64,000 nt of DNA from Alphaproteobacteria bacterium. GTDB lineage: Bacteria; Pseudomonadota; Alphaproteobacteria; UBA8366. The stretch's first letter is position 1. Each line of letters opens with the position of its first letter. Made by a program: the position numbers and the translations under genes. Of the stretch, positions 1-10,124 are shown piece after piece. The notes beneath the pieces are model-generated. The model saw only the letters and a list, made by a program, of their open reading frames with translations. It ran no database searches and had not been told where the DNA came from. The stretch covers positions 11,665 to 75,664 of the forward strand of contig JBMYRC010000003.1 in assembly GCA_049601975.1 (NCBI GenBank). The letters run 5' to 3'.

Positions 1-1057
1 CGCAATGTGATCGTAATCGGTATCGCGACGGCAGCGGCGGGCATCATCGTCGGCACCGTCTCGCAAACGGGTGTCGGGCTGGTCTTAGCCAAGTTGTTCG
101 AATTCCTGTCGCAAGGCCACGTCCTGCTCATGCTGATCTTCACCGCGGTCCTCAGCCTCATTCTCGACATGGGGCTGCCGACAACCGCGAACTATATCGT
201 CGTCTCGTCACTTCTGGCACCAGTGATCGTCAGCCTCGGACATTAGAACGGCCTTATTGTGCCACTCATCGCCGTGCATCTGTTCGTCTTCTATTTTGGC
301 ATCATGGCCGATGTGATGCGGCCCATCGGGCTCGCTTCCTTCGCCGCGGCGGCAGCCTCGGGCGGCGATCCGATTAAGACCAGATTCTCCGAGTAAGACT
401 GGATTCATAGCAGTTTTCTATTCGCTAAGGACTGCGATCCTGGCGTTCCTGTTCATCTACAATACGGACCTATTGTTGATCGGTGTCGGCATCGTTGAAG
501 GCTTCACGGTCTTCATAATTGCCACGATAGCGATGTTATTATTCACCGTCGGCACGCAAGGTTATGTCCTCTCGCGCTCACGCGTTTGGGAATCGATACT
601 ACTTATCTTGATCGTGTTTACATTCTTCCGACCGGGTTTCTGGATGGACATGGTCGTCCCGCCTTATGACACGATGAAATCGGCGCAAACTTTTCAGGCC
701 GCGGCGAAACTCGAAGAAGGTACCGAAATGGGTCTCATCGTCGAAGGTCAGGGCGATGTTGGAGATAAAAACTTTTTTTCACCGCACTCCTGCCAATAGG
801 CAAGGCCGGTGACGGGAAATCGCGTCTCGAAGTTCTGGGACTAAAGTTACTAATCGACGGCGACAAAGTCGGCATCGTCAATGCGGTCTTCGACAGCATC
901 GCGCAAAAGGCGAGGCTTGATTTTGATCAAGTCATCGAGAAGGTCCCGGTCCCGGCAAACCACCCGTCCAAGCACTTCATGTATATTCCTGCTTGATCCT
1001 GTTCGTACTCATTGCACTGCTACAGCGTCGCCGCGAGCGCGTTGCCGTGGCTGCTTA
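1..1057 (+). pseudogene. TRAP transporter 4TM/12TM fused permease, C-terminal part, disrupted
   Basis: Motifs GLPTTANYIV, HLFVFYFGIMAD, FFRPGFWMD. In-frame TAG at 244-246 and further stops/frameshifts near 395 and 775-800. Runs off the left edge; right end approximate. Confidence 0.8.
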
Positions 1058-1082
1058 ACTCCCGAGAGCAAGTGCGTACGAA

Positions 1083-1521
1083 ATGTACAAAGGCATCTTG
1101 CTGAGCGTCGACCTCGCCCATAATGAGAGCTGGAAGAAATCGGTCACGACTGTAATCGAATACGCGATGGCCTTTGGCTCGACACTCCAAGTCGTCAGCG
1201 TCGTCCCCGATTTCAGCATGAGCATGGTGGCGGCGTATTTTCCGAAAGATCACGAAGAAAAGGCGCTGGTGGGCGCTGGTGGAATGCAAGGAGAAGCTTA
1301 ACGCCTTCACCAAGGAGCACATTACCGCCGGTATTAAGGTGCGGCACATCATCGCCTGTGGGACAGCCTATGAGGAAATCTTGAACCTGAGCAAAAAGAT
1401 CAAATGTGATCTTTTCGTTCTCGGCTCTCAGAGACCAAAGGCCCAGGATTTCTTTCTCGGCCCCGACTCCGCCCGCGTCGTGCGCCAAGCGTCTTGCTCC
1501 GTACTGGTCGTCAGAGGATAA
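1083..1521 (+). pseudogene. Universal stress protein (UspA family), frameshifted
   Basis: ORF 1083-1301 (MYKGILLSVDL) and ORF 1279-1521 (GS..FLG..ARVVRQASCSVLVVR) join if the tandem 10-bp duplication GGCGCTGGTG x2 at 1262-1281 is reduced to one copy. Confidence 0.85.
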
Positions 1522-1530
1522 ATAGCGTTC

Positions 1531-3639
1531 CTAGCGGGGAACGATCAACGCGTCGACCGCCAACGCACCCTTACCCGCGGGCAAGACGAGGAAGGGGTTG
1601 ATATCAATGCTATCGATTCGTTCCTGGTTTTCATGTGCGAAGACCGATAGACAGGAGAGGGCTTCCGCAAGGGCCTGGATATCTCCGACTTCGCCACCGC
1701 GCACACCTTCAAGCAGCGGATAGCCTTTCACTTCACGGATCATCTCATGCGCTTCAGTCACGCCGAAAGGCGCGAGGCGGCGCGTGACATCCTGCAGTAC
1801 TTCGACAAATACGCCGCCCAACCCGAAGACTACGACCGGACCAAAGACCGGGTCGCGTTTTACGCCAAGGACTGTCTCGATACCGGCCAAGATCATGGGC
1901 GCGACGACGACTCCTTCGATCGTCGCATCTGACTTATGCCGTCGTCCGCGTTCCACGAGTGTGTCGTAGGCCGAGGAGGCGTCGGCAGCATCGACATTGA
2001 GCATGACACCACCGATTTCGGATTTGTGGAGGATATCGGGCGAAACCAGTTTGAGTGCCGCTGGACCGCCGATCGCCGTCACCGCGGCAACTGCTTCCGT
2101 CGGAGAAATTGCCAGAGTTTCCGAGATTGTCGGAATACCGGCTTCCGACAACAGCTGTTTCGCGGCCACTTCGTTCAATGTATGGGTCGGGATGACGACC
2201 GGCTTCGCCAATGGTGGTGGAGCTTCCGCTGCCGTGGCGGCAAAGTGGCGCCCGAAGCGCAACAGGGATGCCGCGACATTCACCGCCCGCGTCGGCTCCC
2301 GTACAACGATATAGCCGAGTTCTTCTAATTCGCGGCGGCGTTCGCCTTCTGCATAGACGCCCACCACGATTGGCACGTCCGGATGCTTCGCGCGAATTTC
2401 ACGGAACACTTGCATGAAGATATCCGCCAAGGCCGGCGACTGCGTCGACATTGCCATATAGATGACGACGATGTCGCAAATATCCTCCTCGATCAGAACA
2501 TCGAGGCATTTTGCAAGGAGCGAAGGGTCGTTGAGCGTCTGCCCGGTAATGTCGACGGGATTCCGGGTTCCTGCATAGGGTATGATCTCACGGATACGTG
2601 CCTGTGCCGCCTCAGTCAATTTTGGAACCTCAAGACCAAGACGACTGGCCACATCAGACATTAACACGCCGACGCCGCCGGATATGGTTAGAAGCCCGAC
2701 ACGATTGCCGTTCGGGAAACTCCGTGTCGTGCTGCAGGCATAGCCAAGGTCATAGAACTCATCCAAGGAATAGGTGCGGTGTGCCCCGTATTTCGCGACC
2801 ACCGTATCGAAAACGACATCCGACCCGGTGATTGACGCGGTATGCGAAAACGCTGCTTCGGCGCCGATATCCGACGCACCAACCTTGGTTACGATGACAG
2901 GCTTTCCCGCCGCACGCGCTGCCTCCAAACCTGCCATGAAGCCGGGCCCGTCCTTACACCCCTCCATATAAAGCAGGATTACCTTAATGGCGTCATCCGC
3001 AGCGTAGTACATCAAAATTTCGGAAAGGCCGATATCGCTTTCATTGCCGGTCGTCGCCCAAAGACTCACGCCAAGCTGACGGTCCCGGGACTCGTAATAC
3101 ACGACTGCACCATAAGCGCCGCTTTGGCTGACGATACCGATGGGACCAAGTTCCGGCGGCATCGTTTCCATAGTGAAGCCGAGGGTCATGATCATTCGGG
3201 CGTCGAACCCAGCGAGCCCCATGCAATTCGGCCCCATGATGCGCATACCAGAGGCGCGGGCGATCTCTAGCAAACGCTCCTGCGCCGCCTCGCCTGCCTC
3301 GCCCGTCTCCGCATAGCCAGAGCTGAAGATGACGGTCGCCTTCACTCCCTTTTGGGCGCAGGCTGTGACGGCGTCCTCGACCATTACCGAGGGCAGTGCG
3401 ATCAAGGCAAGGTCGACGTCGCCCGGCACGTCAGCGAGCGCCTTATAGGCTTTCATGCCCTGGATTTCGTCGTAATTGGGATTGATCGGATAGATATCGC
3501 CAGCAAAATCATAGTGCTTCAGGAAGAAAATGGGCCTTCCACCGATCTTCATTGCATCGGAAGAGGCACCCATGACAGCCACCGAACGCGGGCGAAACAG
3601 AACATCCAACTCGTCTTTCTTAATCGCCGTATCGCTCAT
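1531..3639 (-). CDS. Acetate/acyl-CoA ligase (ADP-forming) family, fused CoA-binding and ATP-grasp domains
   Basis: PRSVAVMGAS, GPNCMG, SQSG, SHTAS, HKSEIGGV, DPVFGPVVVFGLGG, DINP. GGAGG RBS before ATG at 3639. Confidence 0.9.
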   Translation of the reverse strand: MSDTAIKKDELDVLFRPRSVAVMGASSDAMKIGGRPIFFLKHYDFAGDIYPINPNYDEIQGMKAYKALADVPGDVDLALIALPSVMVEDAVTACAQKGVKATVIFSSGYAETGEAGEAAQERLLEIARASGMRIMGPNCMGLAGFDARMIMTLGFTMETMPPELGPIGIVSQSGAYGAVVYYESRDRQLGVSLWATTGNESDIGLSEILMYYAADDAIKVILLYMEGCKDGPGFMAGLEAARAAGKPVIVTKVGASDIGAEAAFSHTASITGSDVVFDTVVAKYGAHRTYSLDEFYDLGYACSTTRSFPNGNRVGLLTISGGVGVLMSDVASRLGLEVPKLTEAAQARIREIIPYAGTRNPVDITGQTLNDPSLLAKCLDVLIEEDICDIVVIYMAMSTQSPALADIFMQVFREIRAKHPDVPIVVGVYAEGERRRELEELGYIVVREPTRAVNVAASLLRFGRHFAATAAEAPPPLAKPVVIPTHTLNEVAAKQLLSEAGIPTISETLAISPTEAVAAVTAIGGPAALKLVSPDILHKSEIGGVMLNVDAADASSAYDTLVERGRRHKSDATIEGVVVAPMILAGIETVLGVKRDPVFGPVVVFGLGGVFVEVLQDVTRRLAPFGVTEAHEMIREVKGYPLLEGVRGGEVGDIQALAEALSCLSVFAHENQERIDSIDINPFLVLPAGKGALAVDALIVPR

Positions 3640-3734
3640 CGGAATTCCTCCCGCAAACAAATCGGGGCCGGCGCTCAAATTGAACACCAGCCCCTGAATT
3701 GATCGCCCTAATAGGCGAAAACGACAATCGGCTA

Positions 3735-5081
3735 TTAACCTGCCATGAGCATTTTCGGCAACCAGAGACTAATTTCCGGCCACATGATCAAGATGGTCAA
3801 AGTGAAGACATCCATCGCAAGGAACCATAAAATTCCTTTAAAGATCGTCTCTAGGGGAACAGCGTCCCCAACAACCCCTTTTAGGACATACACGTTTAAT
3901 CCGACCGGAGGTGTGATGAGACCGATCTCCAGGAACTTCACCATGATGACGCCAAACCAGACCAGGTCGTAGCCCAATTCCTGGATCACCGGCGTCACCA
4001 CCGGCAAGGTCAACAGCATCATGCCGAGTGGATCCATGAATGTGCCGAGTACGATGAAGACCAAGGACAAGCTCAACAGAATCCAGATGGGCTCCACATC
4101 GAGGTTTGTCGCCCATCCCGTCAATGTGCCCGCAACGCCCGTCAATGCGATGAAGCCGACAAATATCTTCGCACCCAGCACTAACGCAAACACGTTGGCC
4201 ACTTGCTTCGCCGTCTCGATCGCAGCGTTCTTGCTATTATCTTTATTCAAACGACCTGTAGCAAAACCAAGGATCCAAGCCCCCGCACAACCGGCCGCAG
4301 CGGCCTCGGTCGGGGTCACCATGCCGCTATAAATGCCGCCCATAACGATGATGAACAACACGACAATCGACCATACACCCTTGAGGGCTAGAAAACGTTC
4401 AGACCAGCTGACTGACTCAGCCTTTGGTGCCAGCTCCGGATTAATCGTCGCCCGGATCCAGACCATGCCCATGTAAATCGCCGCCGACATAATGCCCGGG
4501 ATCAAACCAGCCATCAGAAGTTGACCGATAGATTCCTCCGTAAAGATGCCATAGAGCACCATCAGGATACTGGGTGGAATGAGGGATCCTAGCGTGCCGC
4601 TAGCGGCAACGACTCCCGTCGCGATGCCAGGGTGATACTTATAGCGCAGCATTTCCGGCACTGCGAGCTTACCCATAGCCGCTGCAGTCGCTAGGCTCGA
4701 TCCGCTGACCGCGGCAAACATAGCGCAGCCCGCAACCGACGCCATCGCAAGGCCGCCGTTCAAATGCGACAACCATACGCGTGCCGTGTAGTAGATATCC
4801 TTAGTGAAGCCAGCGTGGAACGCCACATACCCCATCATCAGGAATAGCGGCACCGCGATGATTGGGAAATTAGCGATGAACGAAAACGGCTCGAAGGCAA
4901 TATAAGCCCAAGCGGCGTCAAAGCCGCGCTCGAAATCCAACTCGCTACCTGCCGGCCAACCTACCGCCAGAATGATTCCAAAAAAGCCCACAAACGCCAT
5001 ACAAAAAGCGATTGGCACACGGACGGCGACCAGCAGTAACATCACCACCAGCCCCCAACTGCCTAGCGCAAATGGTTCCAT
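3735..5081 (-). CDS. dctM: TRAP transporter large permease
   Basis: AVSGSSLATAAAMG, GTLGSLIPPS, TPTEAA, GLITPPVGLN; highly hydrophobic. Confidence 0.93.
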   Translation of the reverse strand: MEPFALGSWGLVVMLLLVAVRVPIAFCMAFVGFFGIILAVGWPAGSELDFERGFDAAWAYIAFEPFSFIANFPIIAVPLFLMMGYVAFHAGFTKDIYYTARVWLSHLNGGLAMASVAGCAMFAAVSGSSLATAAAMGKLAVPEMLRYKYHPGIATGVVAASGTLGSLIPPSILMVLYGIFTEESIGQLLMAGLIPGIMSAAIYMGMVWIRATINPELAPKAESVSWSERFLALKGVWSIVVLFIIVMGGIYSGMVTPTEAAAAGCAGAWILGFATGRLNKDNSKNAAIETAKQVANVFALVLGAKIFVGFIALTGVAGTLTGWATNLDVEPIWILLSLSLVFIVLGTFMDPLGMMLLTLPVVTPVIQELGYDLVWFGVIMVKFLEIGLITPPVGLNVYVLKGVVGDAVPLETIFKGILWFLAMDVFTLTILIMWPEISLWLPKMLMAG

Positions 5082-5095
5082 AAATCTTCCCCCGT

Positions 5096-5638
5096 CTAGA
5101 TGACTTCGACATCAAGCGCGCGTTCTTCTTCAGATCGCGTTGCCTGTGCCTCACCAGTAAAAAATCCAATTGTTGAAATAACAGCATCAACAGCTAGACG
5201 TATTGCAAATAATGTAATCCCAAAAAACACAATAAAACGAAACGGTGATTCTGGTATTTCTAATGCTCCCTCTTCATATGCTCCAACATCAAATGCTTGT
5301 TTAAAGTCAGTATAAGTAGCGCATGCAATAATCGTAAATATAACTACGCCCAAATAGACGCCGAATATTTCCATTGCGACTTTCGGACGGTTTGGCAACC
5401 AATCAGAAAAGATCGTAACGAACACATGCTCGCGCGAAGCCTGCACGGCTGCTAACGGCAAAAACGCGACGACGACCATTAGAAATTCATTCATCACAAG
5501 ATCGTCTGGGATAGGAGAATTGAAGAAATAGCGGCCGATTACCGACACGCAGGTGATGCACATTATCGCAATTAGAGCAGCGACGGAGAACCAAAGCGCG
5601 ATACGATCAATAACTTCGAATGTTTTCAGCATTGGCAA
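5096..5638 (-). CDS. dctQ: TRAP transporter small permease
   Basis: Four hydrophobic segments, GRYFFNSPI and EHV motifs; lies between dctP and dctM. Confidence 0.88.
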   Translation of the reverse strand: MPMLKTFEVIDRIALWFSVAALIAIMCITCVSVIGRYFFNSPIPDDLVMNEFLMVVVAFLPLAAVQASREHVFVTIFSDWLPNRPKVAMEIFGVYLGVVIFTIIACATYTDFKQAFDVGAYEEGALEIPESPFRFIVFFGITLFAIRLAVDAVISTIGFFTGEAQATRSEEERALDVEVI

Positions 5639-5640
5639 GT

Positions 5641-5670
5641 ATGAGGCCCCGTCATTATTCGGGGCCTCAT
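5641..5670 (-). terminator. Perfect 11-bp inverted repeat between dctP and dctQ (partial terminator or mRNA-stabilising hairpin)
   Basis: ATGAGGCCCCG-TCATTATT-CGGGGCCTCAT; function inferred from position. Confidence 0.6.
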
Positions 5671-5715
5671 CCTCTCAAAAGTAAGGTTATTGCAAATTTT
5701 TGTTATAGGCTATTT

Positions 5716-6795
5716 TTAACGAGCCCAAGGATAACCCTTCTCCTCTTTTATCTTACGATACTTGGCCATGGTGCTTGCATACCTAGCTGCAAACTCATTC
5801 CGCTCAGCTTCGGAAAGTTTTGTCATTTTCCCCAACAACTTACTTGCAATTGGTTTAGAAAATTCAGCCCATTTCGCAAGCTCTGCATCGGGCATCTCAA
5901 CAATGGTGAGCTTTTTACCATCTATACCAGCTGACATCGTATCACGGGCTTCTTTGGAGTAGTCCAGCAAGTTCTTCGCGTAGTTATCCATATACCTATC
6001 ACTGGCCGCAAGCAGGATATCTTTCATCTCTTGGGGTAGGCCATTATAGAACTTTAGATTTATACCACCACCATAGCCAATACTCTGACCCATTTTAGCA
6101 AGCATCAGATATTTCGTGACTTCGTAGTGTTTGTAGGATTTTACGTACGGCGTGTAATTTATTGTGCAATCAACGGTGCCACGATCTAGTGCTGAGTAAA
6201 GTTCTCCAAAACCAATCTTCACTGGCACGGCACCCATCGATTTAAAGAGTTCGATATATCCTCCAATCGCCCGGATTTTCTTGCCTTTGATTTTTTCAAG
6301 TGTGTCAATTTGCTCTTTGCCGCACAAAAGCTGAACTGGGCCGGTAACATTAGTGAACAGCATCTTAATGCCATTCCTTTTGTCTTCGGCTTGCAGATGT
6401 TTGCCATTCATACGCACATCGTGATGGGCGCGCATACCTATCCAAGGGTCAGCTTCGTTAAAGGGTATGTTTCCATAATTACCCACAGGCGTATCAGCCG
6501 GAGTATACGCTGGAATAATTGTACCCATCTCGGCAAGACCCGAACTAACACCCTTCAGCGTTGCCTTTGCTTTTATCAAGGATTGGCCCCAGAAGAACTT
6601 GATCTTCATCTGACCTTTCGACTGCTCCTCGATCTCTTTTGCCCAAACATTGAGTGCCGCGGCGCGTGGTCCTTTGTTACCACCAATATCCGAATAACGG
6701 ATAATATAGTCTTTCGCATCTGCGACCTGCGGTGCCGCAGGCAGCAGTAATACAGCGGCCAAAACGCCGGCTGCGATAGGAATAAATTTCGACAT
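5716..6795 (-). CDS. dctP: TRAP transporter substrate-binding protein
   Basis: Signal peptide; KGKKIR and ELYSALDRGTVD motifs of the DctP family. Confidence 0.9.
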   Translation of the reverse strand: MSKFIPIAAGVLAAVLLLPAAPQVADAKDYIIRYSDIGGNKGPRAAALNVWAKEIEEQSKGQMKIKFFWGQSLIKAKATLKGVSSGLAEMGTIIPAYTPADTPVGNYGNIPFNEADPWIGMRAHHDVRMNGKHLQAEDKRNGIKMLFTNVTGPVQLLCGKEQIDTLEKIKGKKIRAIGGYIELFKSMGAVPVKIGFGELYSALDRGTVDCTINYTPYVKSYKHYEVTKYLMLAKMGQSIGYGGGINLKFYNGLPQEMKDILLAASDRYMDNYAKNLLDYSKEARDTMSAGIDGKKLTIVEMPDAELAKWAEFSKPIASKLLGKMTKLSEAERNEFAARYASTMAKYRKIKEEKGYPWAR

Positions 6796-6959
6796 GTTTC
6801 CTCCCTAACGAGTTTTAGAGTGAACTCAGTTGTTTGAGTCTCACGGGTTTTGAACGCCTTTATGAATTAAGCCCCAAAACTTCATTGAAGTACATAGAGC
6901 GATACCCCATATAGGGAAATGTTTTTCGGGTCTCTGGAATTTGTCAAATTTTTGGAATC

Positions 6960-7460
6960 CTAGAAGATCAATTCCAATCGCTGCTCGAGCAACGAGCGTC
7001 CCCAGGTCCTCCCACTTGCTCATCCACGACCTGGAACAACGCGCGCCGGTAAAATGCTATCGCCGTAGGCAGATCATCGAAGGTCGTGAGATAGATCGCG
7101 CGATATCATGCATCTAGCGCAAGGGTGACAATGCCGTCGAGCATGAGCTTGCTGAGCCCCTGGCCTGCCAAACTTTCATCGAGAATAAACCGGCGCAAAT
7201 GAGCCCAACCGTCCGGTAAATCAGGGTCACTGACGTCCACGGTGACGGAGCCAAGTACCCGGCCAGGCTCGCCTGTCCACAACACCAGACCCTTTGCAGG
7301 ATCGCACCGGCTCAGAAACCCGACCATTTCCCGCGCAACCTTGTCTTCGAAAAATCACGGGGAAATCCCAGTGCTTGGCATGATAACGCCCGTGAAGGGC
7401 GGCAACGTCACCGAGGAGTCAGGGGATTGGTCCGGATTGAATGCTAAATTTCGCCGTCAT
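6960..7460 (-). pseudogene. GNAT-family N-acetyltransferase remnant
   Basis: FEDKVAREM...AHLRRFILDESLAGQGL...YLTTF, interrupted by stops and frameshifts. Ends approximate. Confidence 0.65.
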
Positions 7461-7478
7461 GGAGATACCTGACATAAC

Positions 7479-7552
7479 TGTCATTCCCCAGAAGGCGGGT
7501 ACCTAGAATGTTGTTCCGAGGTCGCTGGATTCCTGCCTTCAAAGGAATGACG
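7479..7552. repeat. REP-like palindromic intergenic element (GTCATTCC...GGAATGAC family)
   Basis: TGTCATTCCCCAGAAGGCGGG...CTGGATTCCTGCCTTCAAAGGAATGACG; related copy at 39807-39903. Confidence 0.7.
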
Positions 7553-7558
7553 GGGAAA

Positions 7559-9145
7559 TTAATACCCCAGCGCTAATCCGTCCTTGCGGGGGTCGGAGGC
7601 GCCGACCAGAACGCCACGGTCGTCGTCGATGTAAATCGCCTGGCAGCCGCCATGAGGCGACGGCGTGCGGGTCACGTTGTGGCCTCGCTTACGGAGGTCT
7701 TCGGCGACGTATTCCGAAATCCGCGGCTCCAGCGCCAACTCGTTATCGAAACAGAAGTGCCGCGGGGCCTCGTTCGCTTGCTGCGGGTCCATCCCAAAAT
7801 CGAACATGTTCGAGAGGAAGCTCGTGTGCCCCGTGGATTGATAATGTCCGCCCATGACACCGAAAGGCATCACCGTCTTGCCGCCCTTCATAGCCATGCC
7901 GGGGATGATCGTATGCATCGGCCGCTTGCCGGGCTCAATCCGGTTCGGATGATCGGCCTCGAGACGGAAACTAAAACCTCGGTTGTGCAGGATCACACCA
8001 CTCTCGGGCGCCATGATGCAGCTGCCGAAACTCTTGAAGATCGAATTGATGAACGAAATCGCATTGCCGTCGCGGTCGACCACGCAGAGATAAGTCGTAT
8101 CCTTGTGTTCCGCCGCGAAGCCATTCCAACTGTCGAATTGGCTGGCTTTGCTGATATCGATCCGGTCACGAGTCCAGGCGGCGCGCTCGTCGGATAATAA
8201 GTAATCCACCGGCACGTCGACATATTTTGGATCGCAGAACAAGGCATCCCGCGCCGCATACGCCATCTTCGTCGTCTCGGCGATTAGGTGGATAACGTCC
8301 GCCTCGCTATACCCGTCCGACAGGTCGTAGCCATCCAGCGTGCGCATCATCATCAGCGCACCAAGGCCCTGACCGTTGGGCGGACATTCATAAATCTCGT
8401 GATCACGGAAGGAAGCGTGGATCGGGTCCACATATTCGCAATGCTGCGCTGCGAAATCTTCCGCCTCATGCACTCCGCCCAAGTTCTTCAGGCGGTTGAC
8501 GATGTCTTCCATCACCGGCCCTTCGTAGAAACCGGCGCGTCCGTCCTTAGCGATGCGACGCAAAGTTTTCGCCATTTGCGGCTGTGTGTGCTTCGTGCCA
8601 ATGGGCATCGATTGCCCGCCCATCAGGAAACGCGCTGAGAGATACTTATCCTTTTTCATACGTTCGACGGCACCTGCGTGATCGAAGGCGACCCGGTCCA
8701 TAATGCGATAGCCGTTCTCCGCCTTGTCGATGGCGGGTCGCAACAGCTCGTCGAGCCCCTTGGTTCCATAATCTTTCGAGAGCTGGCACCAGGCATCGAC
8801 CGCGCCTGGTATCGTTACCGCATGAGCCGAATCCTGATCAATTTTGGCAATACCTAGCTCGCGGAACCAATCGACCGTAGCTTTCCCTGGCGCACACCCA
8901 GAGCCATTCAGTGCAATGGGATCGCCGCGTTTTGGCGAATAGAGCACGAAACAATCACCGCCGACCCCGGTCATTGCGGATTCAACAACGCCGAGAACCG
9001 CCACCGCCGCGATTGCTGCGTCGACCGCGTTACCACCGTCGCGCAAAACATCCAGCGCCGCGAGAGTGCCATCGGGGTGAGAGGTCGCCGCCATGCCGTT
9101 CTCGGCCATCGCCGCCGACCGGCCGGGTTGATCCAAATCGCGCAT
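7559..9145 (-). CDS. ggt: Gamma-glutamyltransferase family protein
   Basis: GGNAVDAAIA, GGDCF, PPNGQG, DTT autocleavage site, PGKRPMHT, GVMGG, SDPRKDG. Confidence 0.93.
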   Translation of the reverse strand: MRDLDQPGRSAAMAENGMAATSHPDGTLAALDVLRDGGNAVDAAIAAVAVLGVVESAMTGVGGDCFVLYSPKRGDPIALNGSGCAPGKATVDWFRELGIAKIDQDSAHAVTIPGAVDAWCQLSKDYGTKGLDELLRPAIDKAENGYRIMDRVAFDHAGAVERMKKDKYLSARFLMGGQSMPIGTKHTQPQMAKTLRRIAKDGRAGFYEGPVMEDIVNRLKNLGGVHEAEDFAAQHCEYVDPIHASFRDHEIYECPPNGQGLGALMMMRTLDGYDLSDGYSEADVIHLIAETTKMAYAARDALFCDPKYVDVPVDYLLSDERAAWTRDRIDISKASQFDSWNGFAAEHKDTTYLCVVDRDGNAISFINSIFKSFGSCIMAPESGVILHNRGFSFRLEADHPNRIEPGKRPMHTIIPGMAMKGGKTVMPFGVMGGHYQSTGHTSFLSNMFDFGMDPQQANEAPRHFCFDNELALEPRISEYVAEDLRKRGHNVTRTPSPHGGCQAIYIDDDRGVLVGASDPRKDGLALGY

Positions 9146-9581
9146 TATCTCTCCCCTTCTCGATGTGATAACTTGTCCGTAATCCAGCCTCGCCATCAAT
9201 GCAAGCCGCAACCATGTCCCTTGATTTTGCCCCCGCCATCGCACGATCATCTTTCTCAGTCGAAGGATTACCTAAAACGGCAGACTGCAAACAGTTGGTG
9301 TTTTCCGAGTGACTTGCGCCGTTTCAGCATGGTTTATGAGCTGTATTTAAACATGCTCGACACCGCATCTAAAAACGGTGCCGCTATCGTCCAAAGCACT
9401 ACCCCCGCTCGAGAGAAACGATGATATCGAACTCGCCCTGCCGGAAGCCACGGTCCTAAAGCTGACCGAGCGCTTTAACGCCGCATGTTTTGGAATATTG
9501 CCGACAGATAAAGCTGCGTTGGAGGCGATCCGGGACGCTATGCAGACCGGACGGCAAAATAAGATCGACCGTTGCCAGATT

Positions 9582-10124
9582 CTACAAAAATACCGAGATA
9601 TTTTTCGACAGTAGCACGTTCTGGTCGAGGAAAATTTCGCGGCGCGCAATCTTCCATACGCCATCAACCCGTCGTAGTGTATCGTTGCGCTTGCCAATAT
9701 AGGTGTCGTGTTCATCTTCTTGGCGGTTACGATAAACGAGAAAGCGGCAGCGCGTCTCCACTTCTTCTGGTGCGGCATAATCCGGGCGCACCCCTCGTAG
9801 CCGAAAATTGCTGATGATGTGAGTAGTGCGCGACGGCGGTTGTTCCGCCCAATGAACGCCGGTTGCCAATTGTTGGACCCGCTGGCGCAACGTCTCAAGA
9901 CCTTCGTCAATCCAATTTGTCTCCGCTTTTTCCAAGGTAAATTCTCCTGCTAACCCATCGGACGGAACATTTCGGGCCATCGGCATCCAATAGCGACAAT
10001 CCTCAGTGAACAGCTCCAACCAAGCGAAGAATTCTCGAGCGTCGAGAAGGTCTGCCTCGGCGGCAAAAAATTCTTCGATCTCCTCCTTCAACAATAGTCT
10101 TTGAACCAACGCGTCAGCCTCCAT
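9582..10124 (-). CDS. Aromatic ring-hydroxylating oxygenase beta subunit
   Basis: EADLLDARE..W, YWMP, WAEQPPSRT, WKIARREI.LDQ.VL..KN; overlaps the alpha-subunit stop. Confidence 0.92.
   Translation of the reverse strand: MEADALVQRLLLKEEIEEFFAAEADLLDAREFFAWLELFTEDCRYWMPMARNVPSDGLAGEFTLEKAETNWIDEGLETLRQRVQQLATGVHWAEQPPSRTTHIISNFRLRGVRPDYAAPEEVETRCRFLVYRNRQEDEHDTYIGKRNDTLRRVDGVWKIARREIFLDQNVLLSKNISVFL

Noticed and set aside
9329-9614. Short plus-strand ORFs between ggt and the beta subunit
   Set aside because: Possibly a gene remnant, but no family recognised and it overlaps the beta-subunit 3' end.
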